Positions 37,649 to 50,072 of a stretch of DNA of 64,000 bases are shown here, piece after piece. The position numbers and the translations under genes are program-made. The number at the start of each line of letters is the position of its first letter. Within the stretch, counting starts at the first letter, position 1. The DNA is from Octopus sinensis (Eukaryota), in contig NC_043014.1 of the NCBI RefSeq assembly GCF_006345805.1, forward strand, positions 43,090,001 to 43,154,000. Direction: 5' to 3'. The notes under the pieces were generated by a model that saw only the letters and a program-made list of their open reading frames with translations, made no database searches and was not told where the DNA came from.

Positions 37649-37817
37649 TTTCAATATATCTAGGAAGAGTGTAGTGTGGGTCACCTTGTTCTCTGTTCTG
37701 TTGCACTTACCCTGGATGTGTACAAGTTCATTTCTGACGTATCCTATTTTGGCACCGAGTGGAAGTACTGAATTGAATTGGAAAAACATATCTCTACTGG
37801 CTGCTTTCCTGTAGAAC

Positions 37818-38462
37818 TCGGAATATATTTACCAACTTTACGTGGATGGAACTCATGGAAAAGGCAGATGCAAGAAGACACGGACTGAAGAACTGAAGGC
37901 TGATCTTAAGGTGCTGAATCTTATTGAAGAAATGCCAAAAGATTGAGATGTCTGACATTTGCTGGACTCAACAAGACTCATCAATAACAGCAAAAATGGT
38001 ATCCTAAAATCACCAGTCCATCACATCGTTACTCAAGAAACAGGAAGAAAGAGTGAGAGAAAGTAGGGGCAAAAGAGTACAACAAGGGTTGCCACCACTC
38101 CCTGCTGGAGCCTCGTGGAGCGTTTTAGGTGTTTTCACTCAATAAGCACACACAACACCCAGTCTGGGAATCGAAACCGCAATCCTCCGACTGCGAGTCC
38201 GCTGCCCTAACCACTGGACCATTGCACCTCCACAAATTAATGTGCCCTTTTCAAGCCTAGCCAGGCTCATGGAATATATTTACCAACTTTATGTGGATGG
38301 AACTCATGGAAGAGGCAGATGCAAGAAGACACGAACTGAAATACTGAAGGCTGACCTCAAGGTACTGAATCTTATAGAAGAAATGCCAAAAGACAGATGT
38401 CTGAGATTTGCTGGGCTCAACAAGACTCATCCATACCAGCAAAAATGGTATCCTAAAATCAC
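37818..38462 (+). mobile_element. Two diverged copies of an old RTE C-terminal remnant (37818-38010, 38267-38462) around a partial family A SINE (38010-38232, -)
   Basis: VDGTHGRGRCKKTRTEILKADLKVLNLIEEMPKDR resembles RTE VEG.RGRGRP.KTW..V..DL..L.L..EM..DR. Confidence 0.7.
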
Positions 38463-38534
38463 TCGGTTATGCTTGTATATCCATGTGAAGCCCTTTTCTC
38501 CACAATTTCCATTCTCCTCTTATCTGTGATACTG

Positions 38535-38922
38535 GTGGAAGCACTCCGTCGGTTACAACGATGAGGGTTCCTGTTGATCCGAATCAATGGAACAGCCTGC
38601 TCGTGAAATTAACGTGTAGGTGGCTGAGCACTCCACAGACACGTGCACCCTTAACGTAGTTCTTGGGGATATTCAGCGTGACACAGAGAGTGACAAGGCC
38701 GGCCCCTTGAAATACAGTTACAACAGAAACAGGAAGTAAGAGTGAGAGAAAGTTGTGGTGAAAGAGTACAGCAGGGATCACCACCATCCCCTGCCAGAGC
38801 CTTGTGAAGCTTTTTAGGTGTTTTCGCTCAATAAACACTCACAATGCCTGGTCTGGGAATCGAAATCGCGATCCTATGACCGCGAGTCCACTGCCCTAAC
38901 CACTGGGCCATTGCGCCTCCAC
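38535..38922 (-). mobile_element. SINE family A, full length
   Basis: Match to 30839-31216. Confidence 0.9.
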
Positions 38923-39181
38923 CAATCTGTGATACTACTTGGCTGCTGTACTCACCTGAATGCAGAATTAGCGCATATTACAAAGTTATGCAATATTTTT
39001 GATTGATTGTATTAGAGTACCATTTCTATAGACTGGCACTAGTCTGTTGACTAGCCATTCCAATATAAACAACTGCAAACATTATGCAACTTTTCACATG
39101 AAATCGTTTATGTGCAATGACATTTGAAGAGGATTGGTCTTGAAACAGTCGTAACTAATAATAAAGATGTGTTGTATTTAT

Positions 39182-39598
39182 TCATCATCTTCTTGCTTGT
39201 ATTATATGTAACATTTAGGTGTAGGAGTGGCTGTGTGGTAAGTAGCTTGCTTACCAACTACATGGTTCCGAGTTCAGTCCCACTGTGTGGCACCTTGGGC
39301 AAGTGTCTTCTACTATAGCCTCGGACCAACCAAAGCCTTGTGAGTGGATTTGGTAGACGGAAACTGAAAAGAAGCCCGTCGTATATATGTATATCATCTT
39401 CTTGCTTGTATTATATGTAACATTTAGGCGTAGGAGTGGCTGCGTGGTAAGTAGCTTGCTTACCAACTACATGGTTCTGAGTTCAGTCCCACTGCGTGGC
39501 ACCTTGAGCAAGTGTCTTCTACTATAGCCTCGGACCAACCAAAGCCTTGTGAGTGGATTTGGTAGATGGAAACTGAAAAGAAGCCCGTTGTATATATG

Positions 39599-39639
<41 letters not shown>

Positions 39640-39820
39640 ATTTGTGTTTGTCCCCCCAACTGATGCTGGTGTGGTTATGTCCCTGTAACTTAGCGGTTTC
39701 AACAAAAGAACTGATAGAATAAGTACTAGGCTTACAAAGAATAAGTCCTGGGGTCGATTTGCTCGACTAAAGGCGGTGCTCTAGCATGGTCACAGTCACA
39801 TGACTGAAACAAGTAAAAGA
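39182..39820 (+). mobile_element. SINE family B with a ~210-bp tandem duplication of its flank plus 5' half
   Basis: 'catcttcttgcttgtattatatgtaacatttagg(t/c)gtaggagtggc' occurs at ~39184 and ~39395. Confidence 0.9.
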
Positions 39821-39842
39821 GTAAAGAGAGAGAGTAACTCTT

Positions 39843-40035
39843 AAGATGGTGAGCTGGCCGAATCATTAACACGCTGTGAGGAATGCTTAATGGCATTTCA
39901 TCCATCTTTATGTTCTGAGTTCGAATTCCACTGCGGTCAACTTTGTCATTCATCCTTCGGGGGTCGATAGAATAAATACCAGTTGAATACTGGGGTCAAT
40001 GCAATCAACTTACCCCCTCCCTGGAAATAACTGGC
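39843..40035 (+). mobile_element. SINE family C, degenerate
   Basis: 'aagatggtgagctggccgaatc..ttctgagttcgaattcc..catccttcgggggtcgatag'. Confidence 0.75.
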
Positions 40036-40394
40036 CTTGTTCCACAATTGTGAAATCATTATACATAAATCTTCATAAGACTCTCAAACTGCTTTTACCA
40101 GTGATGGTACTCGGAGTTTCTATGAGGGTGCATGGCCTAGTCATTAGGATATTGCGTTCATTATTGGGAGATCATGGTTTCAATTCCTGAACCAGGCAAT
40201 GCATTGCATTCTTGAGCAAAACACTTCATCTCAAGTCACTCTGCTATCACTTTTTATGTCTGACATCTTGACATCTGGCATCTGGCACATGGTGCATCTG
40301 CTCAGGTAATATCAAGTTGAAGGAGGGAGCGAGCTACTGTACAGCACAAGCATTTGACCCACTATAAACAAATCATCTCTCTCTCTCTCTCTAT

Positions 40395-40600
40395 TTTTAC
40401 TCTTTTACTTGTTTCAATCATTTGACTGTGGCCATGCTGGAGCACTACCATTACTCGAACAAATCGACCCCAGGACTTATTCTTTGTAAGCCTAGTACTT
40501 ATTCTATCGACTCTTTTGCCAAACCACTAAGTTATGGGGACGTAAACACACCAGCATCGGTTGTCAAGGGATATTGGGGGGACAAATATGTACACACACA

Positions 40601-40647
<47 letters not shown>

Positions 40648-40820
40648 CATATACACGACAGGCTTCTTTCAGTTTCCGTCTACCAAATCTACTCACAAGG
40701 ATTTAGTTAGCCCAAGGCTATAGTAGAAGACACTTGCCCAAGGTGCCACGCAGTGGGACTGAACCCAGTACCATGTGGTTGGTGAGCAAGCTACTTACCA
40801 CACAGCCACTCCTACGCCTA
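40395..40820 (-). mobile_element. SINE family B, full length
   Basis: Reverse complement of the family B consensus. Confidence 0.9.
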
Positions 40821-41744
40821 TGCAGGTTTCAGCAAGAAATTGCAGAAATATCTTTCTCAGACTCCAGAAACTTCCATACACATTTGGACTTCTGCTTAAA
40901 TGGATTTTCAATTTTCCTCAAGTTTCCAATCTGGATTTATAGATAACCAAAACTTCAATTTGAGTGCTGCATTGGAAATAAATTAATTTTCTATGCTATC
41001 AGGACTTATAATATATGAAAACATATTTAAGTTTGGACAATTCTTTTACACTGAGTTTAAGTATATTTACGTTGACATGTTTAATTTCTCTGCTCAATGA
41101 GTATGAAAATACAAAAGCAATTTAAATTACATAAGCCACCATAGAGTAGAATTTATATATTTGTGCGAAATGAATTTTAGTTACCTGTCAGACTTTGGAA
41201 ATAAATTAATTTTAGTTTTGGCAGAGGAAAAGGTCTTTAAATAGTTGCAAAAATGGAATGAAATATTCTATAAATAGCAATTAATTTATTGTAAGTAAAA
41301 TAGGATTGCATGAGAATTTGGGTATATGGCTTGTATGCATAATTGAAATCTAAAGGTAATTTAATGTGTAAATTTAATAGTCATTTCGAAATGAAAGGGG
41401 TAAATGGATAGCTATGGTGTATTACGTCCGTAAGAACACATTTCAATGCATTTATTGGTTGTTTGTTTTCAATCCATAAAGTTTTGAAAGGAAAAAAGAA
41501 AGAAAAATGCAATACATTTAGTTAAAAAGGGAGAAATATAATAAGGCAAATTTATCATGTATCCAGACTTGTGGGTCTCCTGGCATTTGATATAAGAAAT
41601 TGTCTTCACTGCTCAAATACAGATTAATCATATAATCCATTTAGATTCAGATTAGTTATGATCCTTGGAGGCCAGATACTATGAAATAGAACATATAACC
41701 TTCTGATACCAGCCAGCCAGAAGCCGTCCTTGGTTTTATGATAA

Positions 41745-42262
41745 TATAATGAAATTATTGTATACAGTGCTCAGGTGCACCACAACTTGTCAGAAAGTGC
41801 GTATAGAGTATATGCAGTAATGTACAAATGTCTGGGAAGCGAACAGTGTATGAGTCAGATACATGCTTGTGTGTGTATGGAGGGGAGAAAATCAGGTGTA
41901 GTGTTGGCGAATCTCAGAAAGCATGGAAGTTTTGAAGGATGCAGTGCTCCGACAACTAACAACTGATGCTGGCAGTCTGTTCCATGCTTCAGCAACTCTC
42001 AGCGTGAAAAAATGTTTCCTAAAGTCATGGGAGCTGTGCTGTTTTCTGACTTTGTAAATATGTCCATGGGTGTTAGACAGGTGGAGTTTGAAAAGGTGCT
42101 CAGAGTTATTGTTTGTAAGATGGTTGATAATTTTATGGGTGTCTGCCAAGTCAGCTGCCAGACGTCGGAGTTTCAATGTGTCCATTCCCAGGGAAGTAAG
42201 GCGTTCAGAATATGGCAAATGCCTGATGGAGGGTATAAAAGTCTATCTTTAAGAAATGTCTT
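41745..42262 (-). mobile_element. CR1/L2-type LINE 3' end (ORF2 C-terminus plus 3' UTR)
   Basis: PYSERLTSLGMDTLKLRRLAADL..THKII..THGHIYKVRK..RKHFFTLRVAEAWNRLP, the typical CR1 'Y.ERL..L.L..L..RR...DL..RGH..KL....FF..RV...WN.LP' end. Confidence 0.9.
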
Positions 42263-42463
42263 GCCTTGTAGAATGTTTAATTTAGTATAAATTATTTACC
42301 TTAGGGTATGTCATGCTGACATGGTACAATGCAGAATTATGTAAAACTAGTTATTTTAAGATATTCATAATAAGTAATAAAAAGAAATATTGAGTGTATA
42401 TTCTATGCAGTTTCTTTTTCCTTGATTTTAAATTTTAAACTTCTAATCCTACAAAATATTACT

Positions 42464-42880
42464 CCTTTACTTGTTTCAGTCATTTGACTGCGACCATGCT
42501 GGAGCACTACTTTTAGTCGAGGAAATTGACCCCAGGACTTATTCTTTGTAAGCCTAGTACTTATTCTATCGGTTTATTTTGCCAAAACGCTAAGTTTTGG
42601 GGACGTAAACACACCAGCATCGGTTGTCAGGCAATGTTGGGGAGGACAAACACAGACACATAAACACACACACACAAACACACACACATACATATATATA
42701 TACATATACATATATACGACGGACCTCTTTCAGTTTCCGTCTACCAAATCCACTCACAAGGCTTTGGTCGGCCCAAGGCTATAGTAGAAGACACTTGCCC
42801 AAGGTGCCACACAGTGGGACTGAACCCAGAACCATGTGGCTGGTAAGCAAGCTACTTACCACACAGCTACTCCTATGCCT
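42464..42880 (-). mobile_element. SINE family B, full length
   Basis: Reverse complement of the family B consensus. Confidence 0.9.
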
Positions 42881-44278
42881 ATAATAAATACGAGCTCACC
42901 ACACCCTGTATATTATGTAGAAATGATTACTTTCAAATATCCTTACTGGCCTTCAAGGAACACCATATATTTTTCCTGCTTTAAATTGACCAAAATTAGC
43001 CTTCACCAAAATTTCATGATATTAAGTAAAACAACAGGAGTGAATTTCAACAGAAATGTGTAACAAAAGGGTTAACCATTTTAATTCCAATCTGCCTGAG
43101 ACTGTCCCTAGTTCTGTGATACAAAATTCTTGTTCTAACATGATTTGAAGGAAAACTTTCCATCAAAATTTCCACTTATTTCTTATTTTTATTTTCCTAA
43201 AATTTTTGTTGCGTCTTGCAACGTTTTCAATAGTCTTGACAATTGAAAAGGTTGCAAGATACAACGAAAATTTTAGGAAAATAAAAATAAGAAATAAGTG
43301 GAAATGTTACTGGTGAGTGTGTTACATTATAAGGAACAAAAAGAAAATGACTCTCCCCAGAGACAACAAAATATGCTTCAACACACAAACTCATATAAAG
43401 AATCTTGCAAACCAAATCCAAAAACAAAATATTTCCATCAAAATGCCATGCTTATTTATATTCCAAATTCCACATTAACAATGATAAAATTATTCCACTA
43501 AATATTTTTCAATTTACTGAAACAAAAGTCATGTAATTTCAACAAACATATGACAATGAAATGGTTAAATGTTTTCAGATTGCTATCAATCCATTTGAAA
43601 CAGAGAATATTGGTCAAGAACCAGAATGTTTTCAGAACCAAGCCAGTGAGCATCAATAAATATAGACATCAGTGTGGGGGAAATCCTGTCTGATATTTTG
43701 AGAAAGCTGTCAACACACTCGAAGTATCAACAAAAATACGAATGTAGAGATTTTAATGTTTCAAATTTCCTATAACATAACAAAGATAAAATTTCTATTA
43801 GAGATAAGATTAGAAAAATGGAAACAGAAAGAAATGAGAGCAAAGCAGTAAAGTGATTATGGAAAAAAAATATAATAAGGATGAAATTTGGTAATAAATA
43901 ATGATTTATTACAGTAATGATTTTTTTAAAGAATAATGATTTCTTTATAGTAATGATTTATTACAATAATGATTACATCACCACTATCATCATCATCATC
44001 ATCATCATCATTAGCTTTAACATATTAACAACATCACCAAATATCCATTTCCCTTCTCTTGTATTGGACAGATGGAATTCATAGAGGTAGATTTTCTACA
44101 ACCGGATACTTTTGCTGTCATCAACCCTCGCCAGTTTTCTAGTGAGGTAATATATTTCTCTTCGTGGCCAGATATGTTTCCATGGAAGAATGGAAATGAA
44201 CGGCACCATTTGTGTGGTGGTGACACTCGTTTACAGCTATCATGCAATGTCAAGACAAATATCCACATATGAATGGTA

Positions 44279-44317
<39 letters not shown>

Positions 44318-44319
<2 letters not shown>

Positions 44320-44550
44320 ATTCATATATATATATAAATATACACAAACACATATTTTCTTTTTTTCCTTTCTTTTTTATTATTTTATATTTTTCCACAT
44401 TTACTCTCCAGTTCTGGCAACTGAAATAAAGAAAGAGAAACAACAACAAAAAACAACAAAAAACCCAGCAACAGCAACAACAACAACATTAGTTTAGATA
44501 GGAAGACATCTCAGACCCTCATGTGAGCATTCAGGTAAATAATCAATGTA
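44318..44550 (+). repeat. ~230-bp segment duplicated at 46868-47103; contains a candidate 33-nt microexon (44502-44534)
   Basis: Direct alignment by eye; AG|GAAGACATCTCAGACCCTCATGTGAGCATTCAG|GTAAA in both copies. Confidence 0.85.
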
Positions 44551-44571
44551 TATACATACATACATACATAC

Positions 44572-44611
<40 letters not shown>

Positions 44612-44856
44612 TAGTTATCACCAAGCTAATATGGTAGTCCAGCAATATAGGACGAATGCAGCCATTGATTAGCTCCAAGAGGCCATCACCTCTAGCTAGC
44701 TATGTGACACACAAACCTGTGTCCATTATAACCTTCAAACAGGGGAGGTCAGCCACTTCCCTTGCTGGTCAGGCATCTGCAGACTAGTTTCAGGGTATTT
44801 GCACCTTATCAGTGCAGAGCAGCTGAACCCAGCAGGCATATATATATATACATATA

Positions 44857-45732
44857 CGTGGTGTGGTGAATATATTGTTGCCTAAATTATGCAAAAATGA
44901 AAATAACACTGACATGATTTTGACAGATATATTTACCAAAATTACACAAAAATATCTTGAAATACTAAAGAGTAAATTTATTCAGTAAAATCACCATTGG
45001 CTTCAACCACAGCCTCCAAACGACTTCAAAATCTCTTGCAACTCTTCTGAATGCTCTTCTTGTGTAGGTTGGTGAATGCTGCTTTAATCCTTGCCTTCAG
45101 TTCATCTTTGGTGCAACAAGGAGTTTTGTTGGCCTCTTGCTCAACTGTGTCACAGACATAATAATCAAGGGGGTTGCAGTTTGGGGAGTTAGGTGGTCAG
45201 ATGTTAGGGGTGATGTGGTCGCAGAAACTATCTGACAGCCATGACTGCGTTCTCCTGCTTGTGTGGCATGGTGCAGAGTCCTGTTGCCAGACATAGGGTC
45301 TTGCAGCAGCCACCTTCTTGACCTAGGGCAGCACTAACTCCTCCAGGCACTTGATACAGGCCTCTGTGTTGAATCTTAGGCCGTGTGGGAAGATGAATGG
45401 AGGCATAACCACACCATCACTAGTGATCACTCCAAACACCATAATGTTGACTGGATGTTTGATTTTTATGTATCCAAATCCTTTGCACTGTTCTCAGACT
45501 GACATCCAAACACTCTGAAATGTTTGTATTGGAGCTTCTGGTGCAAAGGCCAATCAGTACAGCATGTCGTTCCCAAATTTCCGACATAGTGAATCGTGTC
45601 ATGGTGCTGTTTTTTTCACAGACAATGCTCAACCTAGACTACTATACTGTGTAGTAAACAAAATCAAAACAAACTGTGCACATGCATGAAATTAAAAATA
45701 CAAGATAGCAACAATTTATCCATTGCACCCTG
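44857..45732 (-). mobile_element. Internally deleted, degenerate Tc1/mariner-superfamily (maT-like) transposon
   Basis: Minus strand MSEIWERHAVLIGL..ISECLDVSLRTVQRI (HTH), then KIKHPVNIMVFGVITSDG..WQQDSAPCHTSRRTQSWLSD..PPNSPNCNPLDYYV. TA-flanked imperfect TIRs (18/25 matches by eye). Confidence 0.9.
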
Positions 45733-45763
<31 letters not shown>

Positions 45764-45865
45764 TCAGGGTTAACACTTGATAACTGTAAGCACCTGTATA
45801 TGCCCACTAGTGGTATAGGTGATAGGATATATGTATCAAAAGAAAAACAGGATGCAAAGGATTTT

Positions 45866-45952
45866 GTGGTACATATGTTTCTGGCTTTATTGAACAATTT
45901 ATATCAATGCATAATTGATATAACAAGTAGGTCAAAAGCCTTCTTCAGCCGC
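45866..45952 (-). ncRNA. Hammerhead-like motif, inverted copy of 46003-46089
   Basis: Same core, with one stem I mismatch (CCAC instead of CCGC). Confidence 0.5.
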
Positions 45953-46002
45953 GTACAATTACCACACCAATGTAATACATGTTTTTGTTGTGGTAATTGT
46001 AC

Positions 46003-46089
46003 GCGGCTGAAGAAGGCTTTTGACCTACCTGTTATATCAATTATGCATTGATATAAATTGTTCAATAAAGCCAGAAACATATGTACCGC
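46003..46089 (+). ncRNA. Type I hammerhead-like motif with a very long stem II
   Basis: GCGG-CUGAAGA-A-GGCUUU[..UUAUAUCAAU uaugc AUUGAUAUAA..]AAAGCC-A-GAAAC-AUAU-GUA^CCGC. Stem I GCGG/CCGC is perfect; stem III is the palindrome ACAUAUGU. Confidence 0.65.
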
Positions 46090-46579
46090 AATATATATAT
46101 ATATATGTGTGGGCTTCTTTCAGTTTCCGTCTACCAAATCCACTCACAGTGGGACTGAACCCAGAACCATGTGGTTGGTAAGGAAGCTACTTACCACGCA
46201 GCCACTCCTGCACCTATGGTCCATTAGACAAAAAAATTTAATTAAATAAACAAGGCTTAGACAATCAAGTAAAATGCATTGTTTAATATCTGGACCTTTT
46301 ATGGATTTAATGATAATATTTTTAGAGGAAGTTATGATCCCTACTTTACATGGACCATGGACCTTCTTTTTTGCATGAAAGGAAAAAAAAATCTACCCCA
46401 AATCTTTTCCAGTCCTAATTCAATAAATTCTTCTCAGAGTTTCAAGAGACGTAAGAGGTGATCCATCAATTCTAAGATTTGATGGATTTCTATTTCAATA
46501 GAATTTCTCCTTTGTTATCAGGCATTATTGATTCTTTATCTATCTGTCTCTCTGTCTCTCTGTCTGTCTGTCTATCTAT

Positions 46580-46647
<68 letters not shown>

Positions 46648-46777
46648 TTATTTATCTGTCTATCTATCTATCTATCTTTCTATCTATTTATCTATCAATC
46701 AACGTATATATATATATCAGTTTGTCAGTCTGTCTGTCTATTGAAGTATATATATGTATGCATGTATATATATATTA

Positions 46778-46823
<46 letters not shown>

Positions 46824-46867
46824 ACAGGGAGAGAGAAAAAGAAAAAAAGAGATAGATAGATAGATAG

Positions 46868-47103
46868 ATATTCATATATATATATAAATATACACAAACA
46901 CATATTTTCTTTTTTTTCCTTTTTATTATTTTATATTTTTCCACATTTACTCTCCAGTCCTGGCAACTGAAATAAAGAAAGAGAAACAACAACAACAAAA
47001 AAGCAAGAAACAAACCAACAACAACAACAACAACAGCAACATTAGTTTATACAGGAAGACATCTCAGACCCTCATGTGAGCATTCAGGTAAAGAATCAAT
47101 GTA
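46868..47103 (+). repeat. Second copy of 44318-44550; candidate microexon 47055-47087
   Basis: As above. Confidence 0.85.
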
Positions 47104-47129
47104 AATAATCAGGAAGAATTCACACTTTC

Positions 47130-47144
47130 AAATGTATTTTATTA

Positions 47145-47243
<99 letters not shown>

Positions 47244-47320
47244 ATTATTATTATTATTATTATTTATTATTATTATTATTATTGTTATTGTTGTTATTAT
47301 TATTCTTATTATTATTATTA

Positions 47321-47357
<37 letters not shown>

Positions 47358-47374
47358 ATTATTATTGTTATTGC

Positions 47375-47409
<35 letters not shown>

Positions 47410-47480
47410 TTATTATTATTATATTAATATTATTATTATTATTATTATTAATTATTATTATTATTATTATTATTATATTA

Positions 47481-47511
<31 letters not shown>

Positions 47512-47727
47512 ATATTATTATATTATTATTATTATTATTATTAATATTATTATTATTATTATTATTATATTATTATTATTATTATTGCTATTATTATATT
47601 ATCATTATTATTATTATCATTATTATTATTATCATTATTATTATTATTATTATATTATTGCTATTATTATATTATTATTATTATTATCATTATTATTATT
47701 ATTATTATTATTGCTATTATTATATTA

Positions 47728-47758
<31 letters not shown>

Positions 47759-47821
47759 GTTATTGTTGTTATTATTATTATTGTAATTGTTATTGTTGTT
47801 GTTATTATTATTATTATTACT

Positions 47822-47886
<65 letters not shown>

Positions 47887-48044
47887 TGTTATTATTATAT
47901 TTTTTTTATTTATATTGATGTTTTTTTATTTATTATCAACCATTCTCTAAAAGAAATCTTTTTTTCTTTCTTGTTTGTTTGCTTTGAATGCAAAATACAT
48001 AAGTAAACAGATATGAATGTGATGGTGTGTAGTTATGTGCATGG

Positions 48045-48079
<35 letters not shown>

Positions 48080-48780
48080 GTTTATTTTTGCGTCATCATT
48101 GTCATAATCAGCATCAGCATTGTTCTGCGTTGTCATCACCATCGTCATCATAATCATCATCATTATCTTCATTGTGGTCACCATTATTATTGTCATCATC
48201 ATCGTTGTCGTCATCATGAACTTTGTTATCATCTACCATTGCCACCATCACCACATTCATCATCATCATTATCATCATCGTCATCATCATCACCATCATC
48301 ACTGTTGTCATCATCATCATCATCATCATCATCATCGCTGTCATCATCACTATTATTGTTGTTGTCATCATTATCATCACCATCATCATCGTCGTCGTCG
48401 TTGTTGTCGTCATCATCATTACCATCATCATCATCATCGTTGCTGTCGTCATCATCATCATTACCATCGTCCTCATCATCACCATCGTCATTGTTGCCAT
48501 CATCGTCATCATCATCATCATCATCATAGTCATCATTGTCATCACCATTATCATTGTTGCCATCATTGTCATTGTTATTTTCATTATCATCTCCATCATC
48601 GTCATTGGTGTCGTTGTCATCATCATCATAATCATTGCCATTGTCACTGTAATTATCATTATCACCATCATCTTTAACGTCGTCATTGTCATCATCATCA
48701 TTACCATTATCATCATCTCCATAATCATCATCATCATCGTATTCATCATCATCATCATTACCATCATCAACCTTCACTGA
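47130..48780. repeat. (TTA)n array (47130-47900) and (TCA)n array (48090-48780)
   Basis: Direct inspection. Confidence 0.95.
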
Positions 48781-49138
48781 TTTGACTTCTAATTTACATT
48801 GCTAAAACAGAACCAATCTATTACCCAACATCTTTCTATTCCCTCTTGATACAGCGTGACACTGGCAATGTCCTAAATCTGTAAGACCTTCTCATCAATT
48901 CACAGCTTTCTCACATTTTACCATACAACATTCTCCAGTCTGATCTAATTAACAAAAGAGCCCATATGTGATTGTTTGACTGGCTAGAAATAGCAACCAA
49001 ATCACTAATGAATTACACCCATGTCTTCAAAAACAAATTGAAACAACAAATTGAATAATATTGTCCTAGATGTCTCAAAAAATCGGTGACATGGTTATGG
49101 TTAGAATTTACATAAATAGATAGATAGGTAGATGGATG

Positions 49139-49182
<44 letters not shown>

Positions 49183-49184
49183 TC

Positions 49185-49335
49185 TTTACTACCAACAAGG
49201 GGCTAAGCACAGAGGGGACAAACAAGGACAGACAAACAGATTAAATTGATTACATCGACCCCAGTACGTAATGGCAGACGAAATACGGCTACGCATTTCG
49301 CCCAGCATGCTAACGTTTCTGCCAGCTCGCTGCCT
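49185..49335 (-). mobile_element. SINE family C with an internal deletion
   Basis: Match to 8368-8601, lacking the central part. Confidence 0.8.
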
Positions 49336-49345
49336 TATATATATA

Positions 49346-49899
49346 CAGGGTCAGGCAAAATGATCTGACACATTTGTAGGTTAAATAAAAGGCATTGTTT
49401 TTCGTTTCTTTTTCAGTTGCTGCCATGAATTGGACTGGTGTGCATCGCGCTTTCATTGTGGAAATGTTTATCAAAACAAACAATTCTGTAACGGCAACAC
49501 AAAGAGCGTTCCGTTTGCATTTCAATCTTGGTAGACATGATCTCGTACCAGCTCGAAACACAATCTTGTTATGGGTTACCAACTTCAGAGCTACTGGATC
49601 TGCATTGAAACGAAAATCAACCGGCCGACCTCGCACCGCCAGAACTTAAAGATGCAATTTGTCAAGAAATTACTGTCATTCCACATGAAATGACCCGCCG
49701 AGTTATTGACAACTTTCGTGAACGCCTTCAACAGTGTGTGGACAATAATGGATCCCATTTGATTGATTTAATTTTTAAAACATAATGAAACAAAATGGCA
49801 TTATATGTACTTTTCAAAAATAAAAACACTTTTTTGTTTCTTTACTTCATTTGCCTTTTATTTAACCTACAAATGTGTCAGATCATTTGCCTGACCCTG
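49346..49899 (+). mobile_element. Young internally deleted Tc1/mariner element with ~48-bp TIRs and TA flanks
   Basis: TIRs cagggtcaggcaaa(a)tgatctgacacatttgtaggttaaataaaaggca differ by one indel. Encodes the N-terminal HTH (MNWTGVHRAFIVEMF..GRPRTART*) and, out of frame, the C-terminus ELKDAICQEI..RERLQQCVDNNGSHL. Confidence 0.92.
49425..49649 (+). pseudogene. Truncated transposase ORF, 74 aa, HTH only (DUF4817-like)
   Basis: ATG at 49425 in 'gccATG' context; the stop is created at the deletion junction. Confidence 0.7.

Positions 49900-50072
<173 letters not shown>

Noticed and set aside
43570-43760. Possible exon or hAT-type transposase remnant (IAINPFETENIGQEPECFQ)
   Set aside because: Early stop, no donor site, and the similarity is too weak to call.
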